From Lama guanicoe (lineage: Eukaryota), in assembly GCA_013239625.1 (NCBI GenBank), contig MU053994.1, positions 871,775 to 935,774 on the forward strand: a DNA stretch of 64,000 bases. The letters are read 5' to 3'. The notes below the pieces were generated by a model that saw only the letters and a list, made by a program, of their open reading frames with translations, was not told the origin of the DNA and ran no database searches. Position numbers and translations under genes: made by a program. Positions 26,211-36,635 of this stretch are shown piece by piece (the stretch's first letter is position 1; every line of letters begins with the position of its first letter).

Positions 26211-28494
26211 TTGGCTACAGCAGAGAGCTCCTGCAGTTGTTTGCAGCATTCCTAGGCCTCATACTTCTATAAAAAGAGAGGAAACTTCTACTCTGGTCCC
26301 TAACAGGGGATTATTGGAGTGAATGTGGAGAGCCTGGTGTTTTTTGGTACACATTAGCCAGAGTACAGGGTCACTTGTAATGACAAGGCAACAGGGCCTG
26401 CCATGTCCTCCCCACTTCCCTTGGGTCACCAGCATTGCCCTGGGTTCCACTCTCCACAGTATTAGCAGAAAAGGCTGAGCTTGCCTCTGGCCAGTCCAGC
26501 CTGGTTTCTGCTCTGAAACCGGGTGGTTGAATTTTAATTTAGGGTGTGGCAGTAGGAAGCCCTAACACCTTCTCCAGTTTGGTTTTAGCACCCATAAAGC
26601 TGTCTTGATTTCCATCTCTCTTCTTGTGTCTGTTCTAATTGATGTGAACTTGGATGAAAGTAAAGATGAGCAATTAGTATTCCCCAAACTTTCAACAATA
26701 GGGAAGTAGTAGAAGTTTTGATTTAAAAAGCAGAGTACACATGGTAGACCAGGGAGAGCCTTGAAGGCTGGTATAAGAACTTAGTCACAGCCTACAGGAA
26801 TCAGTTATTTTAACTCTCTGTGCAACTGCACCAACACACACACTCACATACACACACAGTGGTCAGCCATAGAGAAAATCACTGCAGGATCTGTTTCCAA
26901 GCTAAGCTCTAGAATTTTAATGTCATCAAATCCCCATTTTCCACAAATAAATTTGCCAAGAAGCTTAAGTAATTTTTAAAGCTAAACTAATATTTTAGCC
27001 ATATGTCTTTGAATCATTTATTGTCTGCTCAGCTACTTGCTGTTTTTCAAGAATTATTTGATTGCCAAAAAATATTCAGCCTATTTGGGGGACTTCAATA
27101 AAGCTTTCTCTTACAGCCCCATTCTTGACATTAAAAGACACTAATAAGTAATGGTTTGACAAATACAATGTCATTATTTGGAAACAAATGGTTGTATCCT
27201 TCCCAAATAACCTACCAAATTAGACTTTCAATTGGCCTCATAGTTATTAGGTGGTTTTGTTCTCATTCAGATTTATATGCTTAGATTTGAGTGCTAATTT
27301 GAAAATAATTTTAAATATAGAGATCCGAGTTTTAATCCAAAGCTAAAAATTGTTAACTGCTTCCTTGTATCTCTTATTGCCCACTACTAGCAAATGGACA
27401 AAACTCTTTTCTGTAAGAATAACTTTTCCAGTATATTCTTTTTTATTATCAAGACTTTGTATGAAAACAGGAAGGTAAGGTTTCTCCTTAACTGAACAAA
27501 ACAGTTGTCCCAATCTCTGTAAAATATTCTTCCTATGCCTCTGACTCTTGTAAGGTAAAACAAATGATAGTACGCCTTTGGTCTTCCTGCACTGGGAAGG
27601 AGAGTTGTTGTAGGAAAAGAATTGATTTTTTTTCCATTTCTGTGTTTTGAGAACAAGTTATAACTTCGTCTTTTTAAAATGCAAAGAAAATAATACACAA
27701 TTATTAGATTGCTATTTGTGGGATACAAATGTACGGATTTAGTAGAAAACAACTCACACATAAAAATGAAACACATTTTTAAAAGAAGGCTACATTTTAC
27801 AGCTTCTCCTGCTCTCGACTTCCGGAATTTAACTTCCCTCTGACCCACCTCCACTCTAATCATTTTGGCTCTCTTAGTGCTTATCTTCTCTTTTCTCCAA
27901 AATGAACTGCAGAGCCATTTTTAAATCTGCATTTTAAAGTTCACTTTATTTATCTGTTTATACACAACCTTGTTCCCGAAAGGGTTTAAGGTAGCTTAAA
28001 AGAATCTAGAAAATACATCAAGGAATCAGTAATGGAAGAATCAGGAATGAAGTGTATAAAAAATGCTTATACAACCCTACTCATTTACTCTGGGTGGGCC
28101 ACAAATTTGGCTCTAAGCTTTTTAGCAGGCAGTCAGAAAAGGAAACTTAATTAGTTACATCATTTACAGTGTCCATAAAACAAAAACAAGCCAATTACCC
28201 AAGCAAAGCACTGTTATTCCTAATATTAAGACCAGAAAGACAGTTCTCTTGAGAGGCTTCATAAAGAAGTCAGTGTATGATGTAACAATCAGTGTTCTCA
28301 GTAGAAACCTAATGGGAGACACAAAGATGAATTTCACAGGTTTCTTTTTTCAATAAAGGCAGATGGCATGACACCAACTTAAAAATCAGGAAAAGCAATT
28401 TTATCAGGAGTTGGGGGGTTGAGGGGGGAACACAATACAATATGGTAAAGGTACTCAACGCTCTGCTCGCCAAAACCAAAGACACATTTTAGAG

Positions 28495-28660
28495 CAACAG
28501 GGTTTTCAATCCGGTACCCAGAATGACTTCAGAGAAGTCATGAAACCTCTAAAACTGTATGCAACGTTTTATGGATGGTGTGTTTATCATTCGTGACAGG
28601 AAAAACATAGCTTATCAGATACTCAACATAACCAGGTGATACACAAAGTTAGGAACAATT
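28495..28660. mobile_element. hAT-Charlie MITE
   Basis: CAGGGTTTTCAA...CATAGCTTATCAGATACTCAA...AAAGTTAGGAAC. Confidence 0.5.
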
Positions 28661-28942
28661 TCTTTATTTAGAAAATCCAGAGAATTAAACAGACTACAAA
28701 CCATTCAATTCAGATATTTTTATTTATTCCCTCACAGCCTAGCTTTTTTTCCCCTCTGCAAAAACAAAAACAAAAAACAAAAAAAAACATCTTTTTTGTT
28801 TCCATCTGGTGCCATGGCTTGGGTGAAGGTTTCAAGGTGGTGAGAAAGTTGCCTCCTGGCTGGAGAAAGAGGCTCGGGCAAAGATGATGCAGGGGTGGGG
28901 AGGCAGAGGGCTCTGCCAGAGGCCGCTGGGCTCCCGGGGCTC

Positions 28943-29469
28943 CTAGTCGTGCTTGCAGGTGAGCCCTTCGAAGAGATACTCGCCTAGCCCGGCCTCGGGC
29001 CGGCCAGACTGCGGAGGTCGGTCAGGTGGTCGCCCATCTTCTTGATGAGCTTCATCTCCTCCTCTAGGAAGTGGATCTCTAGGAATTTGCAGAGGGGAGC
29101 GTCTGCATTCGTAGAACCTAGGGCATGCAGATCCAGAAGGGCCTGGTTCAGGCTCTTCTCCAGGGCCATGGCGGCTTCCATGGCGTCCACGCTAGCACGC
29201 CACTCATCTGGGGACAGCTTCTGCACGTCCTGTTCCAGGGCGCAGCAGTCGCACAGCTTCTGCATCTTCAAGAGACGCTGGGCGCCCTCGCGCTTTTTCT
29301 CAGCCAACTCACGGAAGAAGCGGCCCACACCCTCCAGAGCTACCTTATCGCCTTCGAAGTATAAGCCCAGGGAGAGGTAGGTGGACGAGGCCCGCAGGTG
29401 CAGGTTGATCAGACGGCTGACAGCGGCCTTCACCTCGGTGGCATAACTCTGCTGGGGCTGGGAGCTCAT
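28943..29469 (-). pseudogene. FTL: Intronless ferritin light chain (FTL)-like retrocopy coding region; one 1-nt deletion near 28996-28999 truncates the E helix (processed pseudogene, or retrogene if the deletion is an artefact/polymorphism)
   Basis: Translation [28 protein letters not shown]...[19 protein letters not shown] matches FTL. After a frameshift the sequence continues [20 protein letters not shown] (stop 28943-28945). The span is 527 nt versus 528 for 175 codons plus stop. None of the three FTL introns is present. Confidence 0.93.
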
Positions 29470-29691
29470 GGTTGTCAACACTGAGGAGGACTTCTCCATG
29501 AAGTATGGTGTGAGGCTGATCCTGGAAGCAGGGGATAAAGCCGCCAAGATGGTGCTGGAAGTTGTGAGTGAAGGGGGGGCGGCTAGAGGATAGTGAGGGG
29601 CGGGGCTAGAGGGTCGTGAGGGGTGGGAAATGGGGAGGGGGGCTGGGATGGGGGAGGGTCGCCTGGGGTGCGAGGACCCAGTTTGTTCCAT
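28984..29691 (-). CDS. 235-aa ORF as it stands: 74-aa Pro/Ser-rich leader from the old 5'UTR plus ferritin L helices A-D, lacking the E helix
   Basis: Open in the ORF track. Upstream ATG 29691 is in frame with the FTL ATG 29469. No evidence of translation is available. Confidence 0.3.
   Translation of the reverse strand: MEQTGSSHPRRPSPIPAPLPISHPSRPSSPAPHYPLAAPPSLTTSSTILAALSPASRISLTPYFMEKSSSVLTTMSSQPQQSYATEVKAAVSRLINLHLRASSTYLSLGLYFEGDKVALEGVGRFFRELAEKKREGAQRLLKMQKLCDCCALEQDVQKLSPDEWRASVDAMEAAMALEKSLNQALLDLHALGSTNADAPLCKFLEIHFLEEEMKLIKKMGDHLTDLRSLAGPRPG
29568..29670. promoter_or_regulatory. G-rich tandem expansion with an Sp1-type GC box (GGGGCGGGGC 29597-29606) and G-quadruplex potential
   Basis: Two to three imperfect 23-25 nt units starting GTGA(A)GGGG, and more than 10 G-runs of 3 or more on the plus strand. 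Confidence 0.5.
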
Positions 29692-29712
29692 CCAAGTGCT
29701 GGTGAAGCTAGA
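29687..29712 (-). promoter_or_regulatory. Degenerate (probably non-functional) iron-responsive element
   Basis: Minus strand reads TCTAGCTTCACCAGCACTTGGATGGA versus the FTL IRE TCTTGCTTCAACAGTGTTTGGACGGA. The loop CAGUGU has become CAGCAC. Confidence 0.85.
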
Positions 29713-29979
29713 CAGATCTGGGGGTCTGCTGGGCTCAGTTCCTCAGTCTAACTTTTGGCAAGAAGTTAATTCTTTCCTAATTATTGGAAGGGAGTCTTCA
29801 TCATTTTGCCCCATTTTTTACCATAATTCCATGGTAAAGTAAGAATGTCTGAGGTAAAAAGGTTAGAAGTATTGATAGCGAAACCCCTCCAATCTTCACT
29901 TGTGATTTAAAATTTCCTTGTTTCTTACTTTAGAGCCTGTGTAAATATATTTTCCCCTGCTCCTAATCCCTCACCAACA

Positions 29980-30110
29980 AGGTGACTATTAGTTCCAGTT
30001 TGCCCAGAGCAGTCTTGTTGTCCTGGTGTAATTATTAATAGTGCCCCCTAAATTAATTAATTAATTAAAAAATAGCACCCCCTTTTACACTCAAAAGGGT
30101 CTTTGTTTCA
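29980..30110. mobile_element. MER81-like MITE with an internal micro-insertion
   Basis: AGGTGACTATTAGTTCCAGTTTGCCCAG...GTCCTGGTGTAATTATTAATAGTGCCCCC...TTTACACTCAAAA. Confidence 0.6.
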
Positions 30111-31439
30111 AATACACTGAGAAGGACCAAATCCACACTATGGAATGTGAAATGGATAGAGTTTGCAAGATGTTGAGCTTGGGCATAATCCCCTTCCGTT
30201 TTATTAATTAATCATATCAGTAAGAATCCCATCATAAATGTTCTACTATTCAGCCCTCATTTTTTTCATTTGTTGATGCATTTATTCCTTCTACTAAAAG
30301 TTTCAAATACTGTTTATGTGCCAGGTGTTTTGTTAGGTACTGGTGGCTTCCTGTGGTTACCCACATATTCCCCTATTAACTGAAACATGTCATGTGAATG
30401 GGCTCTAAAGATGAAAATGTAGGTTTGTAAATCCTACCAAAATAGAAAATAACCCATACAGGATGCGTTAGCCATTCTCAGTTGGAAGATGAGGGCAGAA
30501 CTAGACATTCTCATAGGGGCTTTTCCAGCATTGTGATTCCACGCTTAGCATTTTATTTTCCTAAATACCACTTGCCTGGGGCTGTTTCACAATTATAACA
30601 CTTTCATGTGTTTTCTATCAAACAAGAAGGCATATTCTATTCAGGGTAAATAATATTTGAACCTCAGGAGAATTTTGCTCTAAACTTTGGATCTAGTTCT
30701 AAATGAAAATAAAAATCCATTCTTTTGCAACTACTTTTAAATTTTACTTTCTATGTTGTTGAAAACTGACATCTTAAAATTTCAAAAAGACAGCTGCAGT
30801 CTCCCTTCACTGATGAAGCTAAAATATGAACACATATCCTGTATCTAAATACAGAATATATTCTCCATTTTTTTTTCATGTAAGGCTGTCGTCCCAAAGC
30901 GTTCTCATATGCATTTGAGGTTTGCAAAAACTGTTAGAATTCAGGAATAGCACATTTTTCAATCCTGGAAGGAATTAATTGGGTAAAACATGAGTAGTCC
31001 TGCAGCCTTTCTGGCCTTCCTTCCAGGGCCACAAAGAGGTTAGGGATGGAGAAGAGGGGGAAAAACAAAAATTCAAATCCAAGAACAATCTGAGCACGTA
31101 CCCAAATAGGAGAGAATTTATACTGCATGCAATACCCTCCAAATGACTGCAAAGAAAATGACCATTTTCTACCTTGTGCATAAACCATTAATCATTATAT
31201 TGACCTTGTAACAAGAAAATGCTAAGCTTAGAGAAAACTTCACCATATAACATACTTTCTGTATTGCGGCATGTCAGGCTCATTTAATATATTTCAATTT
31301 CCTATACATTTACTTATTCTTGGAAAAGAAAAATGTCTATATAAACCTTCGCAGATGAGATAGTTTCCTGCCTTGTGCAAATGTTGATAAATCTTTCCCT
31401 CATCACTTTAGAGAGAAGAAAGCCAGTGTGGGAACTGTA

Positions 31440-31685
31440 CTCTGGTGGGTGGTTAAGCATATAGTCGTTGGAATGGGACGAACAGGGGCTCAAATCCTAG
31501 CTGTATCACTAGTTACAAGCGTAACCTTAGGCGGACAGCATAACCTCTCTGAGTCTCAGCTGTCTTGCCTGTAAAATGGCAATGTTAATATCTTACAAGC
31601 ATACCACAAGGATTCAATGATATAATGCATGAGAAAATGCTGCCAAACAAGTAGAAAGCACTCAAAAAAAATGGTGCTGTATTAT
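31440..31685 (+). mobile_element. MIR SINE
   Basis: CTCAAATCCTAGCTG...AACCTCTCTGAGTCTCAGCTG...CTGTAAAATGG. Confidence 0.75.
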
Positions 31686-32159
31686 CGATCAGTTTTGCAA
31701 TAAAATTGTGGAGACCCTGTCAAATTCTATTCAGTAATATCAGAAGCATATACCAGTATGTGTTTGATTCATGTTTCCTCACTGTGGACCTGTTTTGCTG
31801 AATCACAATCTTCTGTGGCAATGTCATTTCAAGTATGGAAAAGCACAGAGGCACAGCTTTGGGTGCCCAAGGTCTAATTCATTTAAAGCATAAGCAAAGT
31901 CAGCTTCTCTTACTCCCCTTGGCTAAGTGAGATTCAACACCACTTCCTGAGGTCCTTTGTGACCCTGCCGGCTGTGGAGGGAGGGAAGCAGTGCGTAAGT
32001 GGCAGAGGTCTATTTCTTTTCCCAGTTCTCCAGCCCAAGATCATCATCCACTAAAGCAAGAAATATCTAATGACCTTATAGTAGAGGGTAAGATTACAGA
32101 ACATCCCATATGAATAGTAGAATTCACCTCTTATTCTCAAATGTAGACTTTGGAATGTT

Positions 32160-32840
32160 TATGTCTTGGGTCAGATTCCCCAGAAGCAGACCTTGAGATG
32201 AGGATTCCTATGCAAGTGGTTTGTTGGAAAAGTGTCCCAGAGAGACCAAAAGAGTGTGGGGAAAGCAGGACAGAGAAATAATGGAAGCCAGGAAGCAAGG
32301 CTGCAATTTTAGGAAGTCTCAGTTTCATAATCATCCCGGTGTGTAGCTTTGTAGTCTAAATTACACCTAAAGTTTGTTTCAACATGGGCCAAAGGAACTG
32401 GACTTTTATATTTCTGTTCATTGCCTAGAGAGACCTTGTTAGAATACGCAGTTGGAAAGATTCTTAAAAACCACGTTCTGTTACCAATGCATGAATCCCC
32501 TTAAGAATGTCTCTGATAAATGATCATCTAGTCTTTGCTTAAATACACCCAGGTTACCCAGAACACATTAGCTCGTGAGGGATACCCATTCCATTTTCAG
32601 TGAGTGTGATGTGGGAAAACAGAGCCACTTGGGAGCCAAGGTGACCTGAATTTAAAGCTGACTCACTTTGTAACTTTGGGCAAGTTACTTAACCTTTCTG
32701 AATCTTACCCTCTTTAGCTATAAAATACCAGTAGTAATATTATCTATCTCTTAAGATTACTGTGAAGGTTAAGTAAGATAATACAAGGAATTTAGCACAA
32801 CTTCTGACACATAGTAGGTGCTAAATAAATATTAGCTGCC
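32160..32840. mobile_element. LTR16-like LTR fragment (32160-32430), L3-like fragment and MIR (32620-32840)
   Basis: TGTCTTGGGTCAGATTCCCCAGAAGCAGACCTTGAG; ACTTTGGGCAAGTTACTTAACCTTTCTGAATC. Confidence 0.65.
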
Positions 32841-33605
32841 TTCACTCCTTTCCCTTCTCCATCCTCTCAAATCTCATGTGTCAGCTCCCTGCCTCACAAT
32901 AAGTTTGATCCTTTCGTTCTGGTTCTTACTTCCAGAATAATATAAAATAAGCCCAGCCCACCTTCCCACTGGTATGACTTCCCTTCCCCACCGCTCCTCA
33001 CACCTGGCTCTGTGGGCCTCTATTCTCCAGTCACTCTCCAGAAGCGAGACAAATTCAACCACATCCTTCCCTGGGACAACATACACTTGGAGATCACATC
33101 CTTTTAATTTTGATGCATGCGTATCAAAATGGGAAAATGGGTTCTATATAGAATAGTGTTCTCTTGTAACATGAAGAAAACAAATCTGTCTAATCGGGAA
33201 AAAGAGGCACAAAATGATTTTTCTTTCCTTACTGTGCTCCACTGTGACTCTTCCAAATGTTTCTTCCAATTTGCACTTGTGTCTTAGCCCTAGTGCTTTC
33301 TGTTACTTTTTAAAAGGAGAAATGTAATGTTTCATAGAAAGAAACAAGATTCTGAGTAGAGGTGGCCTCATATTTCAGAAGGGCTGGCAAGTCGGTCCTT
33401 GGTGGTTGCCAAGAGGTGGGTTGGACAGACACAGCTTGAGCTGGAAAGAACATCCAGCCTTGAAATTTGAAGTGGCAACTTTTGCAGTGCCACTCTCCCT
33501 TCCCCTGCTTGAAGCCCCTGAATGTTCCTTCTGGTCATGCTGACATCTGGCTGGAGAAGAGACTCACCCAGCAAGAGGCTTTGCTTTTCATTATCTATAA
33601 CATGA

Positions 33606-33607
<2 letters not shown>

Positions 33608-33648
<41 letters not shown>

Positions 33649-33656
33649 TGTGTGAG
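33608..33656. repeat. (GT)16-(GA)n compound microsatellite
   Basis: Direct reading. Confidence 0.95.
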
Positions 33657-35454
33657 TGAAGATGTAAAGACATATATCAGAATGTTAACAGTGGTCTGTA
33701 TCTGTCTATGACAAATTTGTTACTTTCTACTTTTCTATATTATCTGAATTATTTAGGGAATGAGCATGTACTTATAATTACCACAGAAAACTCAAGAAAA
33801 AAAGACCTGTTTCTATTTTCAAAGAAAAGCGGAAAACTTGTTCTCCTCTTTCAAGTAGGTCATGTGATCTTGGTCCACAAAGCAATGAACAGGGCTCAGT
33901 GTTTGTCTCCTGAAGCCAGAGCTGGCTTGATGAATGGCATCCTCCAGCCTTCTGGGCACCAAGCTACTTTGCATTTGAGAAATTAAAATTCAGGAAAATG
34001 AAGGGCATCTCTTTCCATGCTCCCTCTCATACTCTCTTGGGACTTTGTTGACACTCCTACCTCTACTAGCCACCAATAACCCAACCTTCAGTCTGGGATG
34101 GGGAAGAAAGGAGAACCCCTCCTGGACTGAGGTGACTAGTAGGGCACCAGTGCTGCCTTAGACTTCGTCCTTATTCCCTGCTGGGCCTGGCACCGTGATT
34201 GACACAAAGAGTCACAGATTCTCAAGGGTGATGAAAACTCAAAGGTCACTTGATCCCCATCCTTATCCCCATTGTCAGTGCTTAATAATTACTTCATGAA
34301 CAGGTTAAATGTGGCTACTGGTCACTTTAGCTGCTCAAGAGGTTTGAGCCACAGAATCAGATGCCCCAACTCACCCAAACACCATCCCCAGCCAGCCCCC
34401 TTTGCCAATGTCCAGGAATCCAAACAGATGACTCAGCATTTATGTCTCTATGACTTGGGGCAGAAGAGGCCACTGACCCATGGTGGAGCCAGCACCAACC
34501 ACAGGTCCCATTTACAGCTTCGGGGGCTGGTGATGATTGCGTGTCTGGCATCAGTACAGATCTCCCCTCCTATGGTCCCCATGCCCCCTCCTCAGGGTGC
34601 ATGGACGTGGCTGCAGGCCAAAACACAGCACTGTTCCCCAGTTCAAGATAAGGAAATATCTATCTGGGCCTGATGCTCTATATAAGCACCAGATGGGAAT
34701 GATTAAAATTAAATTAAATTAATGTTTGACAGTCCGTGAAGGGCATAAATTGCATGGTGTGCTGCTTGTCCAATCTGTCATCTTGTTTCCCTTGGCTCAG
34801 GTCAACAAACAACAGCCGAAAGCTCCCTCTCTGGGTCAAACAGTAGCTGATTTCTCTGCTATGGAAATGGCTGCTCAGTTTCCTAAGCTGAAGGCCCCTA
34901 TGCTGCCAAAATCGTGATTAAGATGCCTTAAAAGGCAGAGAATTCTATCTTCTTGCCACAATCTCCAGCAGCCATCTCCCCAACACACTATAACAGCAAT
35001 TTCTGGTTAGAATTCAGAAACTGGGAAATCTGAACCTGGCCTAAGAGCGAACCATTGCCAAAATCACAAAGCAAACTCCAGCTCTAATGACAGCCTTCTT
35101 CATTCACATGGTTTCTAGAGCATGTGGGCAGTGCTAGTGTGTTATCGAGTTGCAGAAGAATCCACGGTATCACATTTTTAAATCACCCATCTGCTAAAGT
35201 ACTCCCTTCCAAAGAACTTTCAGATTCAGACGTTTGCTCTTTTCCCCCTGTATTATTCAGGAATCAGGGTTCCAATATTTACAATGTCCTTCTAGCTACT
35301 TGTAGACAAAGGAACACTTCAACTTTTGTACTTTTGCACAAGAACTCTGATGAAGTTTTCAAAATGGTTAGTGTATATTCTTTGGTGACAAAGATCTGTG
35401 TTTCCAGAAGTAAGCCAAATTGTAGAAGCAGCAACTAAAGCATGAGGAGGGTGA

Positions 35455-36085
35455 TGGAACTGGGCTGTGCCACCCACATGGCCCTTAAGGAATGAAACAC
35501 TTATTCCCCCAGCTGCTGGGAATGCTGCTGGAAGGCGGCCTGCAGCTGTCGGCCCGCTTTGGAGGTTGGATCCGCTGAAGAAAGCCGCCTTGCCCACCAT
35601 CTCCTCTCCTTCTAAGGCCAGCCCACACCCCAGCTCAGGACGGCGCTGAGCGGCAGGCTTTTCTCACTATTTTCTCTGCCTGGGCTTGTCTTCCAGATTA
35701 CTGCCTGACTCCTTTCCTGACTCCTTTGGGTCTCTGCTCAAATGTCACCTCATCACAAAGGCTTTTCCTGATCTCTTTTCTAAAGGAACACACACTTAGC
35801 CTGTCCCCACAGCCCCACCTCCACAGCTTCCTGAGCCCTTCTCCTGCTTTCAGTTTCTTCATAACTCTTACCACTACCTGACATTATTTAGATACTTGTC
35901 TATCATTTAGTTTATTGCCTGTCTCCTCACTAGGATATAAGCTCTATGATAGCTGGGACTTTAGCTGTTTTGGTCATAGCTTTATCTCCAGTACCTAGGA
36001 AAAAGTCCTAGCACATGTATAGAGGTGCTCAGTGAATATTTGTGAATAAGCAAATGAATGAGTGAATGAATGAATGAGTGAATGA
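35455..36085 (+). mobile_element. LTR16-like fragment followed by an L2a 3' end with (GAAT)n tail
   Basis: ATTCCCCCAGCTGCTGGGAATGCTGC; TCTCTGCTCAAATGTCACCTC...GTGCTCAGTGAATATTTGTGAAT. Confidence 0.7.
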
Positions 36086-36169
36086 TTAGTTGCCTACTAT
36101 CTTAGCTAATTCCTAGTACTTAGGCTGCCTAGCTTTCTCCCTCCACATCCTGAGAGTCAGAGTCCTACC

Positions 36170-36635
36170 AGGGTAGCATAATAGTCAAGAACACAGGCTT
36201 TGGAGTTAGGTTGACTCATTCACTTAGTTCACACACAATTACATAGCTCTTAAGCTGTGTCAGGCATTGCTTTTGGTACTTCATTGATATTAATGCATTT
36301 TATGCCCATAACAGCTCTAAAAGGTAAGTACTATTATTATTCCCATTTTAAAGATGAAGCTACTGAGCAAGAGAGAGGTTAAGTAATTTGCCCCAGGTCA
36401 CACAGCTAGTAGGAGCCAGAATTCGAACCCAGGCAGTCTGTCTCCAGAATATCTGCCTTTTACGAGCCATATAATTTTGAATAAGTTCCTCTCTGAATTG
36501 GTTTCTTTGACCATAAAAATGGAGAAAATTATGCCTACTACACAGACTTGTAAGCATGAAATGAGGTGATGTGTATAAAGTGCTTAGCACGGTCCCTGAT
36601 CCACATAAGCACTTACTAAAGGGTAGTTGTTATCA
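36170..36635. mobile_element. Two MIR SINEs in opposite orientation
   Basis: GAGAGGTTAAGTAATTTGCCCCAGGTCACACAGCTAG; TAAAGTGCTTAGCACGGTCCCTG. Confidence 0.75.

Larger units (their letters stand above)
28727..29756 (-). other. Full extent of the FTL mRNA retro-insertion (5'UTR, CDS, 3'UTR, poly(A) remnant) with degenerate target-site duplication
   Basis: The 5'UTR and 3'UTR resemble FTL UTRs. An A-tract remnant lies at ~28744-28750. Plus-strand flanks TTCCCTCACAGCCTAGCTTTT (28727-28747) and TTCCTCAGTCTAACTTTT (29739-29756) look like a decayed TSD. Confidence 0.8.

Noticed and set aside
27454..27474. 21-nt micro-exon candidate (TLYENRK) before AAG|GTAAGG
   Set aside because: Weak AAG acceptor and no supporting exons or homology.
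27387..27863. 158-aa minus-strand ORF
   Set aside because: Composition is typical of AT-rich non-coding DNA and there is no recognisable domain.
28608..28619. TAGCTTATCAGA matches the first 12 nt of miR-21
   Set aside because: The match stops after 12 nt, I see no pre-miRNA hairpin, and it lies in a hAT MITE whose recalled consensus has a similar word.
29042..29380. Plus-strand 112-aa and 79-aa ORFs
   Set aside because: Antisense shadows of the GC-rich ferritin coding sequence.
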